Shown: positions 49,958 to 61,785 of the stretch, piece by piece | How the letters are laid out: every line of letters begins with the position of its first letter | Numbering within the stretch: the first letter of the stretch is position 1 | Assembly: GCF_018350175.1 (NCBI RefSeq) | Contig: NC_058369.1 | Span: 1,426,001 to 1,490,000 of the forward strand | DNA from: Felis catus | Lineage: Eukaryota | DNA length: 64,000 bases | Direction: 5' to 3' | Program-made: the position numbers and the translations under genes | The notes under the pieces: model-generated | What the model saw: only the letters and a program-made list of their open reading frames with translations | Told to the model about the DNA's origin: nothing | Databases searched by the model: none

Positions 49958-52041
49958 ATGGTGAAATCCTCCCTGCAGCGGATCCTCAACAGCCACTGCT
50001 TCGCCAGAGAGAAGGAGGGGGATAAACCCAGCGCCACCGTCCACGCCAGCCGCACCATGCCGCTCCTCAGCCTGCACAGCCGCGGCGGCCGCAGCAGCGA
50101 GAGGTGAGCGCCCCGCCCCCGCCCGAAGCTTCCAGAAGCGCGGCCGCGCAGGCCCGCGGGGCGCCGGCCACGGAAGTCCGGGGAGCCCGAGGTCCGCCCC
50201 TTTGTCGAGGCCATAATCGCGGCGGGGGCGGGGCGGGTGCCCACTGTCCTCCCCACCCCCCCCCCCACTCCCGGCGGCCCCTAGGCGTCCCCGGGGCCCG
50301 GCGGCGATCGGATTTGGGGGGCGCGAGAGTCCCTGGGACGCGGGGCGCTGTGCGCTGATCTGGGGGGCGGGCGCGGTGTCAGGGGCCGGGGGGGGGGGCG
50401 GGTCGGGGGCGGGCTGGCCCGAGGCCGAGTCAGGCCCGCGCGAGTGCGTGCTGTGCGGGCGCGGCCGGCTGTCGTTGACCGCGGGACCCCTCCCCCCTCG
50501 CCGCCGCCGCGCGGCTGCCCTCGAGACACCCCCACCCCCGGGACCCCGCCACGTAGACGGCCGCGGTTCGGGTGGCCCCGGATGGGAGCCGCGCAAGATG
50601 GAGGCGACCACGGAGCCTGTTTACGCCGCGCAGCAAATGGCTGCTGGCGCTCGGGCTGCGCCGATTGTGAAAATCTCCCTCGGGGCCGAGGGCCGCGGCG
50701 GCGAGATGACGCAACCCCGGGGCCGGCGGGGGTGGGGGGGGGTGGGGGCGCCCCGCTGGCCGCCCGGCCGCCCGGGGTGCCGCCCGGACCCCACGAGCCC
50801 GGCGGGGCCGGCCGACGACGGAGGGAGAAGGGGAAGTGGAGCGGGTTGGGGAAGAAACGGGAAGTGGCGGCGGAGGCCGAGTCCGGGTCTGAGGCCCTCG
50901 GGGGGGTGGGGGACGGGGGATGGGAGCCGGGCGGCGGCGGCGGGGTCGCCGTGCCGGCGCCGCCCTGACAGGCGGAAGTGGCGCCGGTGTCACCGCGGCC
51001 CGGCTCACCGGCGCCGTGGGCTGCAGTTCCAGGGCCTCCGTCACCGCTTCTAACTGCTGTAGTAACCTGGGTCCAGGGCCTCGGTGGTGCTCCTGATGTC
51101 CCTCACCCACCCCTGAAGATCCCAGGTGGGCGAGGGAATAGTCAGAGGGATCACAATCTTTCAGCTAATTTATTTTACTCCGTGAGTATGCTCGCGCCGG
51201 CGGGGGGCGGGGGGGGGGCGCACCTGCTTCCCCGCGCGGTGCCTGCTGGGAGCCAAGGTCCCCGAGCCACTTGCCCCTTCCCCCAACCGCGTCCAGATGT
51301 CCGCGCGCCCCCGGGGGGGGGGGGGTGGGGGGGACGGCGGTGGGGGGGGCCCTTCTCCGGGTTGGCTGCAGCGCAGATACCAGGTGCGGACTTGGGGCGC
51401 CCGGCAGGATAATCGGCTGAATGTAACAGAGGAACTAACGTCTAACAACAAGACGAGGGTCCTGAACGTCCAGACCAGGCTCACGGGCTCCAAGCACATC
51501 GACTGGAGAGCGGTGCTGAGTGGCGGCTGCCTCTACATCGAGATCCCAGGCGGGGCCCTGCCCGAGGGGAGCAAAGACAGGTAGGGGCCCCGGGCTGCCT
51601 GGGGCTGTGCCCCCGGGGTGGGGGGGGGGGGAGGGGGGGCGGGGGCGTGGCCAGCGGGCTCACGCGGGCCCTTCAGCTTCGCAGTTCTTCTGGAGTTCGC
51701 GGAGGAGCAGCTGCACGCCGCCCACGTCTTCATTTGCTTCCACAAGAACCGCGATGACAGAGGTGGGGGTCCTCCCGGGGGGGCGACTGGGTCTGCAGAG
51801 GTGATGGGAGAGGGTGTCGTGGCCGCCAAGCACCGGAGCCTCCGGGCGTCTGGTGATGGGCGCGCGGCCCCAGGGCGGCCGGGTCTCTGACGGTGTCTCC
51901 CCTGCAGCTGCCTTGCTCCGGACCTTCAGCTTTTTGGGCTTTGAGATTGTGAGACCGGGGCATCCCCTTGTCCCCAAGAGACCCGACGCTTGCTTCATGG
52001 CCTACACGTTTGAGAGAGAGTCTTCGGGGGAGGAGGAGTAG
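49958..52041 (+). CDS. OAZ1: Ornithine decarboxylase antizyme 1, 230 aa, decoded by +1 programmed ribosomal frameshift
   Basis: Exons 49958-50103, 51027-51181, 51408-51580, 51677-51762, 51908-52041. ORF1 [21 protein letters not shown]...GPGPRWCS ends at TCC-TGA (51091-51096); ORF2 continues +1 as [23 protein letters not shown]...[36 protein letters not shown]. Second in-frame ATG at 50057. Confidence 0.98.
51060..51152 (+). other. Antizyme frameshift stimulation element (5' stimulator, UCC-UGA shift site, 3' pseudoknot)
   Basis: Stem 1 TCCCTCACCCACC (51099-51111) pairs with GGTGGGCGAGGGA (51125-51137, one mismatch); stem 2 GATCCC (51118-51123) pairs with GGGATC (51147-51152). Confidence 0.95.
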
Positions 52042-52213
52042 TGGCAGCACCGCCCGCCGCCCTGGCGCTCTGCCGCGGGAGCCCTCGGAGCCTTCGCTGC
52101 GGTCCCTTTGCGTGTTTTGCTTTGCGTGGCCGGCGTGACCGACTGCTTCGCCGAGGGCGCGGGCGGCAGGGTGCTCGCCTCTGCTGGGCGTGTCCGCATG
52201 TTGTGATTGTGCA

Positions 52214-52439
52214 AATAAATGCTCACTCCAAATTAGCAGTATATTTCCTGAAGTTTAATATTGTGTTTGTGATACTGAAGTATTTGCTTTAATTCTAAAT
52301 AAAAGTTTATATTTTACTTTTTTATTGCTGGTTTAAGATGATTCCAATTGTCCCTGTACTTGGAGAAGGAGTTTATTTGAAGGCTTTTGGGAATCTTCGG
52401 TCTCTGGTCTTGAGAAGACAGGTGGAAAACCTGAATAAA
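52214..52439 (+). terminator. Tandem OAZ1 poly(A) signals
   Basis: AATAAA at 52214, 52298 and 52434 within an AT-rich block. Confidence 0.75.
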
Positions 52440-53776
52440 AGTGATGACACCTACAAGACCCGTGTTGGCTCCGTGGTGTTCAGCCGGCCACCGTCCCCAC
52501 CGCCCGCGACTTGGGGCGGCGGGCGTAGTGTGTCCTGAGCTGAGTTGAGTGACCCTTGTGCCGGGGGGCTGGGGGGAAGCCCAGGCTGAGGTCTCGCCCT
52601 CCGGGCTATGGCCGGGTTCCTGTGGGCTGGGAGGCCCTTCCGGGCCCTGCTTGGGCCGGCTCTGAACCCCACGCTTTCTCGGTCCTTCCCAGCAGCCCCA
52701 CCCTTGAACCTTAGGTGCCCTCTGCCGCGATGCTGGCTGGCCCTGAAGTTTCCCTTCTGCCTGAGGCTGGGCTTGTTCTGGTGGCTTGGGGTGCGGCCCC
52801 GGTGAGGTGTGGGGCCGGGGCTCCCAGGTCGGCCCCCAGGGGACCGTCCAGGCTAAGGTGTTGGGGAGTGTCTGGGACGTGGCCCCACCTTAGCACCGGT
52901 GCGGACCCCGAGTGCACCAGTACCCCTTGGAGAGGGCCCTGCCGTGCTGTGCTGTGCTGTGCTGTGCTGTGCTGGGGCGGGACTGCGGCCTGCCCGGTCC
53001 TGGCAGGTGGGGGTGGGGGGCAAAGGTGGGGAAGCCGGAGGGGCCAGCAGTAGGCGGGCTAGGGGGAGGGGCCCTGAGGCATTAGATCGGCGGGACCGCA
53101 GTGCCACCTGCTGGCTGCGTCTGGGAGCATGGCCCAGGGATTGACATCCAGGCCTTGGCTGGGAGACAGGCTGGGAAAGGGGGGCATCTTTTACGGAGCA
53201 GGAAAGGTACTTGGAGGGACTGGAGTGTCTCTGGGGCTGGAGAGGGATGTTCAGCTACCTGAGCGTGCAGCCGGTCTTCAGAGGCGTGAAGGGACAAAGC
53301 TGGACAACACTCCAGTGCGGGGAGTGCGAGTGTGGACAAGGGGCTCGAGCTGCGGTACTGAACGAAGGATGAGTAGGAGTCAAGCACAGGCCTTGAGGGG
53401 AGAACGATCCAGGGGAGGAAACAATCTGGGCAAGGTCTGGTGGCCAGAAGGCTCCGAGGATAGGCAATGTGGCAGGAGGGGTTGGCCAAAGAGAGCTTGT
53501 GGAATGTTGGAAGGAGCCCCGCTGTATTCTGAGGGTATTAGGGAGCCATGGGAGATGTTTGAGCGGGAGAAGACCCTGGTCATACCGGGGGATTAGCCGT
53601 GGTGGGGGAAGGGAAGTGAGGGGCATGACTGGAGTCCCCAGGCAAGGGCAGTGGGACCCCTCGGGGCTTCTGGGTTCATTTTTCAGAGCTACTCTGTGCT
53701 TTTCCTTAGGTTCCCTGATGAGTCTTCTTGCCAGGTGATTGCATCATCCTATGCTATTAATTAAACACCTACTATG

Positions 53777-53989
53777 GGGGCGCCTGGGTGGCGCAGTCGG
53801 TTAAGCGTCCGACTTTGGCTCAGGTCATGATCTCGCGGTCCATGAGTTCGAGCCCCGCGTCGGGCTCTGTGCTGACCGCTCAGAGCCTGGAGCCTGTTTC
53901 CGATTCTGTGTCTCCCTCTCTCTGCCCCTCCCCCGTTCATGCTCTGTCTCTCTCTGTCCCAAAAATAAATAAACGTTAAAAAAAATTAA
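53777..53989 (+). mobile_element. Felid-type Can-SINE with TSD
   Basis: GGGGCGCCTGGGTGGCGCAGTCGGTTAAGCGTCCGAC head, B box GAGTTCGAGCC, A-tail; TSD aaacacctact at 53763 and 53990. Confidence 0.96.
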
Positions 53990-54888
53990 AAACACCTACT
54001 GTGTGTTAAGCCTGGCTTTCTGCCCTCAGGGTGCTCCCAGCCTGATGGGTGAAGTTCTTAGGTGACAGATAATGACATAAATACTTGCAGGTGGCGACAG
54101 GTGCTCTGGGAGGAGGTGGGAGCAGAGTGAGAGGCGAAGGTGGGCCCAGGAGGGGCAACTTTGTTTGGAGCAGGTGAGATTTGGACGGTCTGGCAGAGGG
54201 AACAGCCCATGGAAAGGCTTGGTGGCTGGACAAAATTTAATTTCACGGAGCACCAGGGAGGGGGCCACGGCGGGTGCAGAGAGTGGCAGGGTGGCATTGG
54301 GGCAGGTGAGTTCAGACTCCTCTGGGGGGCGCTCTGCCGGCTGGGCTGGTGTCTCAGGTTCTGGGGAGCTTTCCCTCCCCCCTGGAGACCCCAAGCCATT
54401 CTTTTTTTTTTTTTAAGCCATTCTTGACAAGGACGTTCACGCTCAGGATCACTGGCCATCCTCAGCACAAGGGGGTGCTCCAGGGCCAGAGATGCCTCTG
54501 CTACCGGCGTCGGAGGGACTGTGGGCACCTTCTCATGAAGACAGTGACCATCAGACTCCAGCACTACAAGGGCATCCTCCTCGCCTCTGCCGGGAGGTGG
54601 GCGGAGGGGTCCCACCCTCTCACAGAGACGGTTGATAGGGAGTGTTCAACGCTAGGGGAGGGCTGGGCCGTCCAGCATCAGGAAGCTTCGGGAGGCGCCG
54701 GCCATTAGCCCCCTGCCTTCCTGGGGACGACTTGGGCCTAAGTCCCCAGCACGGCAGGGGGCAGGCACCCCAGAAGAGGCGTCCACATTCCCTCACAGTC
54801 GCCTGGCCTTCCGGCCCAGGTCCCCTGTGTGCCTGCCACCCCCCCCCCCCCCCCCCCGGAACAGACAGGCACGCGGCCCTTGGAGGCG

Positions 54889-57800
54889 TCAGTCCCACAG
54901 CAGTGCCAGGGCGTGGCTCAGCGAGGCCTCGGTGGCCTCGGCCAGGTACTCACAGCACAGCCAGTCCTCCAGGCCGGGCAGTTCCCCACCCGAGGCCCGC
55001 TCGGCCAGGTGCAGGACCAGCAGCGCGCGGCGCACCTGCAGCCAGGGCCCCAGCAGCGCCCCCTGGCGGTGCAGCTCGGGCCCGGGCCCCCAGAGCAGCG
55101 CCTGCAGCGCGCCGCGCGTCTGGGCCGCCGAGGGCCGGGAGCGGGCCAGCCGGGCCGCCAGAGTCTCCAGGCCGTGGGCCAAGGGCGTGGCTGAGGGCGC
55201 GGCGAGGCCGAGGAGCGTGCGGAGCAGGCGGCCCAGCTGCGGCGCGTGGGCGCCCGGGGCTCCCGGCGGCTGCGGGTGGACGCGGCCGAAGTCGGCCAGC
55301 AGCAGGCGCGGGGGCCCGGCGGCCGCACAGCCCCGGGGCGCCGCCAGCAGCAGGTTCTCCGGCCGCAGCTCCGCCAGGGCCGCGCCGCGCGCCTCCAGCT
55401 GCTCCAGGGCCGCGCTCAGCTGCAGCAGGAGCAGGGCCGCCGCCCAGGCCAACTCCGCCGGCCGCCGCCGCGTGCCCACCTCTGCCAGCCACTGGGTCAG
55501 CGTGCGCTCCGGCACCTCGGCCGCCAGCACCACGGGGCCCGTCCAGGGCACCCCGGGCAGTGCGCCCTCGGGCACCAGGCCGCACAGCCCCTGGAGGTTG
55601 AAGTGTGGGGGCAGTGAGGCCTGCAGCTCCAGGCCCCACGGGCGAGGCTCCTCCGCTCCCGACTTGGACACCTGCGGGGGCAAAGGGGGGCCGTCAGGGC
55701 CTGACCGCCTAGACCCCCCGGACGAGCGCCTCCACCTGCCCGCCCCGCCCCCGCTGCGGTTTCCGGTGGCGGAGGTGGGTTGCCTGGCCTCCGGAAGCAG
55801 GGGTTCAATGTGAATTGGGATGTTCGTGGCCCACGTGATTTTAGGGAGCGCGAGGCTAAGGAGGGTGGTGTTTAGGGGTCAGGCTGTGCGGCCTGCCAAA
55901 GGCGCCGGTTCTTACCGCTCCGGGCAAGGGCAGGGGCAGGGGGAGGGGCGGCGAAGCGCCAGGGCTGGGCCTGCAGTAGAATCGCAACTGCGGCCACGGT
56001 ATAATTAACACTTTCCAGAAGCCTCATTTTTAAAAAGCGATAGGAGATGTGAACGTAATGTTCACAGTAGTTTTTATTTGACCGGATATATCCAAGATGT
56101 TACCACGGGCCGGTCATCAACATCAAATCTAGGAACGAGGGGTTTTACATGACAGTAATTTTTAGATACTAAGCCTTGGAGATCTGGTGTATGGTTGGCC
56201 CTCAGAGCACATCCCGGGCCGGACCAGCCCCGTTTCAAGTGCTCATAAGTCCTACGTGGCCGGTGGCTGCAGGACCAGCCAGCACACGGCTCTTTCTAGC
56301 AGGTCAGGAGAGCATCAGCTCTGGGAATGAGATTCGAATCGCCAGGGGAGGGTTTGTTTGTGGATCCAGGATCCAACCGTCAACTGAACACACAGCCAGC
56401 GAGAACCTTCTCCCCACGACGCTCCAGTCTGTAAAAATTACGGGCCTGCACTAGCACGTTTTGTCAAATGGGTGAGGTTCCCTGGTGGTGTGGTTTAACA
56501 GGAATCTTGTTTGTTTTTTGTTTTTTGTTTTTTTTTTTTCCTGAGTGGCGCATAAAAGACAGACGCGCCCTTAGGACAAATATGGTGATACTCGCATCAC
56601 CCAGGAGTCCGGGACTCCCCGCAAATGCTCAAGGCACAAAGGAAATGCTCCATACGTTTGGGCAGCTCCTGACGAGGATTATTCAGTGCGGTGAACACAG
56701 CAGCTTTCTAGCGGCAGGGTTCGTCCGAGACTGGTTACAATGCAGATTCCTAGGCTCCTGAGGGGCATGGGGGGGGGCGGGCGGCAGACAAGACCCCCAG
56801 CCATTTGCATGTCAGCGGCCCCACGCTTGAGAAACGTGGCGCTGAGGGCTGTGTTAGGCCATGCTCGCTGCAGACTAGGCAGCTGAGCCCCCGCCGTGCG
56901 TGTCCTGGGTTGTGCCCAAGATGGAAAACTGGAAACTTCGGAGGAGGTGGGGTGGGGGCAGGGCTCACCTTGGCCGCCAGGAGGTGCCACAACTCGTCGC
57001 CCACCCGCACCATGCGGTAGTAGAGGGCGTCCCCACTCTCCACGTAGGGCGAGCTGTCCAGGAGGCGGAAGTCGTGGCCGGGGCGGCAGGGGCCCGGGTG
57101 GCCCCCCAGGAGCCGGGCCTCGAGCCGGGAGTGCACAGTGCGGAGACCCTCCAGCTGCCGGGCCTCCAGGACGGCGCGCGTGGCCTCGGGGCAATCCAGG
57201 TCGTGCCAGGAGAGGCCCAGTGAGGTGTCGAGGGAGCTGAAGGGCGGCTCTGCAAGGGGACAGGCTGGCCGAGCTTGGCCGTCATCCGCCTGGCGCTCGT
57301 CCACACTGTGGGACCCCAGAAAGGGCCTCCGGGGCTGCCTTTCCGGAGCAGGGCTGGGGCTGGGGGCCCCGTGGCTGGGCAGAGACTGGGTCCTGGACAG
57401 GGTCTTCTTGGGCAGGGGTGGGGGCAGGGGCTGCGGGTCAGCCGAGGGGGGCCCAGATTTCCGGGGGGGCCGGCAGGCCTTGGAGGGCAGCAGGTGGGCG
57501 CGGACCTCACCTGGGGGGAGGGAGGGGGGGCGGGGAGGGGGTGAGGCCTCGCCGAGTCTGGGGCCTCGGGAACCTGACTCCACCCCTCAGCCTCGACTGC
57601 CTCAACAGCGCCCAGCGGCCCGGTGCCCTGTGGGGGTACGAACGCCACCCCCCGTTTACAAAGGAGGAAACCGAGGCCCAGAGGAGTGACAGATCAGTGG
57701 TCGAGAAGTGTCCAGCCCACAGCAGGTGGTCCCCTTTGCCGCATGGCTCTGGCCAGATGACCCCCCCGTCCCCCCCCCACGCCCCCCCCCCCCGTGAATT

Positions 57801-58086
57801 CCAGCTTCCTCATTTTTACAAGCTGATGATCCCAGCCTTTTCTTAACAAAGTTTTATGAAAGATGTGCAAACAACCACTCTGAGTGAGCTCAGCCGCCAT
57901 CGGGCAGGGGGCTCCCTCGAGGGTGACGAGAGACTCAGCCCTTCAGCTCAGCGACCCGCCCCTGCCAGCCCGTGTCCCCCAGCCAGGGCCCCAGGGTGGC
58001 TCACCGAGGTTGCCGTAGGTAGGCTGAGTCGGCCAGGTGGGGGCGTCAGGTGCGGGGGTCTCTGTGGGCGGCGGGGGGCTGCTCAT
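54889..58086 (-). CDS. PEAK3: PEAK family pseudokinase 3 (C19orf35), 468 aa
   Basis: Exons (-): 58086-58005, 57510-56969, 55671-54889; total 1407 nt. [40 protein letters not shown]..., PPPLPKK and RTQSLP motifs, [28 protein letters not shown]...LALLWD*. Confidence 0.94.
55965..56285. mobile_element. MER33/MER3-like hAT relic in a PEAK3 intron
   Basis: AT-rich block with tttatttgaccggatatatccaa and ccagccccgtttcaagtgctcataagtcctacgtggccggtggct, resembling the recalled consensus. Confidence 0.55.
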
Positions 58087-59235
58087 GCTGAAGGTCAGAG
58101 TTGGGGGCGTGCGTGGGCGGGAGGAGGACTCCAGGGGGCGTGCGCGGGCGGGCCCATGCGGGAGTCAGGAGGGCTCCATGGCGTTGGTGGGGGTGCAGGG
58201 ACCCAGGCAAGAGGGGCGGTCTTGGTCTTCTTGCCTGGCCTTGACCTGCTGTGTGGCTCTCTCTGGGAGGGTTTGTCGCCCTCTCTGGACTCCTGTCCTC
58301 ATGGGGCAGGCAGGAATGTCACCCATCAACTTTTCAGGGCAGGGGGAAGGACCCTGTGCCTCTGTGACACGGACAGAAAAGAATGTCCAGCTTCGAATGC
58401 GGGCCATTGGTGGTGGGGGGGACCGTAGCCAGGGACCCGCTCGGGCTTCCGTCCCAGAGCTCAGCTCCTCTAGCCCCCTCGAGCCAGGCAGTGGGCAGCG
58501 GCTGCCCCCCCCCCCAGATTCCTGGTCACCCGAACCTCTGCAAGGTGCAGCATCTGCCCCCTCCCTGCCGAGCACCCCTCCAGGAGCCCCTACCTGCAGA
58601 ACTGGAGTGACCAGGGGCAGGGGGTGGGCCTTGGGGACAGACTCCGGGCAGCTGCCACCCCGGCCTGCCGGGACAGTGTGCCTGCGGCCGCTGTGGTCCG
58701 GAAGTGCCGTGCAACTGTCAGACCGCAGGCCGGTGTGGGGGCCTCTGTGCCACTTCCCCAGCCTGGCGCCCCGCCCGCCCTCCCAGGACACCTCCCTCAA
58801 GGGTGGGGAGGGCATTCCAGGCAGAGGGCGCCGCCTGGGCCAGGAAGGGGGGCCCCAGGGCTGCGAGCAGGGGGGGTGACATGGGCAAGGTCCAAGGGGT
58901 CACCCCAGGGGGCCGGCGGCCAGGCAAGTTAGGCTCCCTGCCTTCGGGAGGGCAGAGAGCCCCGGCAGCGCTGGGGCAGCGAGAAACACCACCGACATCA
59001 GGGTGGCTCTTTCCTCTCCCTCTGCTTTCACTGTGCCTCGTGCAGGGCGGCTGAGAAGCCCCCAGCGCACCAGCCCCCCACCCGTCCCAGCTCCACGGAA
59101 CCCGGCTCTGTTCTGACTCGCTGTGTGACGTTGGGCAAATCGCCACCCCTCTCTGTTCCGGGGAATAAAGAAGAGCAGTTCCCTTGTGCTGCCTCACGAC
59201 AGTCACACCAGCTGGATTCTTCCTTAAAAAACAAA

Positions 59236-59385
59236 GGGGCGTCTGGGTGGCCCAGGAGGTTAAGCGTCCGACTTCGGCTCAGGTCGTGATCTCGCGGTTC
59301 GTGGGTTCGAGCCCCGCGTCGGGCTCCTCCCCCACTCATGCTCTGTCTCTCTCTGCCTCAAACGTAAACAAACATTTTTAAAAAC
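59236..59385 (+). mobile_element. Internally deleted Can-SINE
   Basis: Head ggggcgtctgggtggcccaggaggttaagcgtccgacttcggctcagg joined directly to the (CT)n region. Confidence 0.88.
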
Positions 59386-60584
59386 TTTTAAAAGCCGGAA
59401 TCATCTCACTCCCCACCGGAAGCAGATGAAGCCGCTCCGTGAACCCCTTCCTCGCGGGTCCCCTGCCACACCCAGCTGCGATTTGGGTGGGCTTCGACAC
59501 CGGCGGCGGGAGGCGGGGTGCGGGCTCCAGGAACCTCGGGGCCGGATGCCACGAATCCTGGGCTGTCCCAGCTGGGACCAGCGGGGCTGAGCAGGCGGCC
59601 TCCTCACTGCCCAAACCCTGATCGCGGGTTCTCGTCCTTCCCTTCACGAGACCCTGGGGGCCAGCAGCCAGGTCACGGCTCTGAGCCACGACGACAGGGG
59701 GGAGGGGGGCCGTGCCACACTCTCCCCTCAGGCGCAGGATTTAAGGCGAGGCCAAAACAACCCCGCGCGGCAATCCGGAGAAATAACATTTTGCCGTCAT
59801 GTTTACGAAGCCTCGTTGGCTCTGGCCACGGGCTGGCGGTCTGTTTTCGTGAATGAAGTTTTATTAAGAGCCGGGGCCGGGCGGGGTCCTGCCAGGGCGG
59901 ATCTCGTTTTTATCTAAAAGATGACTGTTTCGGTCACTGTGCATACGGGACATGAGCTAATTTTGTTTATGGAATGTTGGTCCTGATGAGTGTTCTGGGC
60001 GCCCCTTAGATGCGGTGCCCGAGGTGAGCGGTTCACCCACCCCGCCCCGGTCCCAGCCCTGCTGTGACAGCCGTGTGGCCAGGCCGGGGGGTGGCGTGGG
60101 GGAGGGGCGAGCAGATGGCCAGCCTGGGACAGGGGTGAGATCTCCAGGGGCTTCTCCACCAGGACGGGGCAGGGTGACAAGCAGGTGACGCGTGGGGATC
60201 CCCTGCCTGCCTCGAGCCGGCCTGTGCCCGCAGTGCCCCCCCCCCGACCCTCCGCGGGAGGGGGGAGCACAGGGCCTACTGCCGGCACCCCCCTGATCAG
60301 GCCCCACTGGGCAGGCCTCCCCCGAGGCTCGGGAACGGGGACCGCTTGCCTCGGCTCCCCCCGAAAACGGGCCATCCGCCTGTGAGTCGTCCCGTGCCCG
60401 CCCCCGCCGGCCGCTCGGCCTCCGTGTCGGGCCCTCTGGGGACTGTCATCTTCCGTCTGACAAGCAGTCACCGGGTCCTGCGGGAGCCGAAGCCAGGCTC
60501 TGCGCGTCTGGCGTGGCCCCGCGTGGCCGTGGGATGCTAAGTGCTCACGATTTCACGTGACGCTGGCCTTCCCGAGAAAAACGC

Positions 60585-60970
60585 TCTCGTGTTTGCGGTG
60601 GGCAGGGTCACGGCCCCCCAGGATGTCCAGGCCCAGATGTCCGGACCCTATGAACCTGCTATGTGTCGTGGCGGGGAAACTGAGGCTGCAGGTGCGACTG
60701 AGGCTCTGCTTGTGCGACGAGGGGGTGATGACCCTGGGTTCCTGGGGGCCCAGCGTCCTCACAGGTCCTCACAAGAGGGAGGCAGAGAGACGGGGCGGAC
60801 CCCGTGCTGCTGGCTGTGAGGGTGGAGGAGGGGCCGACGGCCAAGGATGCGGTGCCGGAAAAGGGGGGAGACGGGGCCCCGGGGGGAGCCGGCCCTGCTG
60901 ACTCATGTTACAGGTTTGAGCTCCAGGACTAATGAGTCTCAGTTGTTTGAAGCCACTAAGTTTTGTCACG
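60585..60970 (+). mobile_element. MLT1-like LTR relic, GC-shifted
   Basis: cggccccccaggatgtcc...ctatgaacctgct...gcagg...tgagctccaggact...gttgtttgaagccactaagtttt. Confidence 0.55.
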
Positions 60971-61353
60971 AGGGGTCACAGCTCCGGGACTCCCCGGAGA
61001 GGGTGCGGGCTGGAGGAAACTGCCCTCCTTCCTAACTCCATCTGGGAGGGGAAATCGAGACGGGGATGTTCAGCGTCCCTGCCCCGGGCCCACGTGTGCT
61101 ACCTGGACCCGTGTCCTGTGTTTTGGGGGACCCCACGGACACCCTCTGAGGGGCCCCTCCTCGGTTTCCAGCCACCAACAGGCCGGGTCCTCTTTAGCCG
61201 GGCCTAGGCTGCCCCAGGAAGGAGGACCCCTCAGCCACGCCCCTGGAATAAGTCGGGATTCAGGAAATCGTGGGCCTTGAACCCGGTTCAAGGGGAAGGG
61301 AGGCTCTGAGGGAGGGTCCCGTGGCCCAGCACCCTCGCCTCCCAGCTCCTTTT

Positions 61354-61785
61354 TTAAAAAAAAAAAAAAATTTTTAACGTTTATTTATTTTTGAGACAGA
61401 GACAGAGCATGAACGGGGGAGGGGCAGAGAGAGAGGGAGACACAGAACCGGAAGCAGGCTCCAGGCTCTGAGCCATCAGCCCAGAGCCCGACGCGGGGCT
61501 CGAACTCACGGACCGCGAGATCGTGACCCGGGCTGAAGTCAGACGCTTAACCGACTGAGCCACCCAGGCGCCCCTGTTTTTTTAACGTGTATTTTACTTT
61601 GGAAAGATGGAGACAGAATGTGAGCAGGGGAGGGGTGGAGGGAGAGGGAGGCACAGGATCCAAAGCAGGCTCCAGGCTCTGAGCCATCAGCCCAGAGCCC
61701 GACGCCGGGCTCGAACTCACGGACCGCGAGATCGTCACCCGGGCTGAAGTCAGACGCTTAACTGACTGAGCCACCCAGGCGCCCC
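61354..61785 (-). mobile_element. Tandem pair of Can-SINEs (about 61354-61574 and 61575-61785)
   Basis: Two heads ending ...cacccaggcgcccc; outer TSD tccc(a/g)gctcctttt at 61340 and 61786. Confidence 0.94.

Noticed and set aside
51094-51096. In-frame TGA in OAZ1 as a pseudogene lesion or selenocysteine codon
   Set aside because: It is the canonical antizyme +1 frameshift site with its pseudoknot.
52941-52974. (GCTGT)n and other short simple repeats (29056-29079, 25119-25160)
   Set aside because: Ordinary microsatellites with no supporting context.
53777-53860. tRNA-like A/B boxes
   Set aside because: They are the tRNA-derived head of a Can-SINE, not a tRNA gene; the same applies to all SINE copies and their short ORFs.
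59400-59800. Candidate non-coding first exon and promoter of PEAK3
   Set aside because: Donor-like and TATA-like motifs on - exist, but boundaries cannot be fixed from sequence alone.
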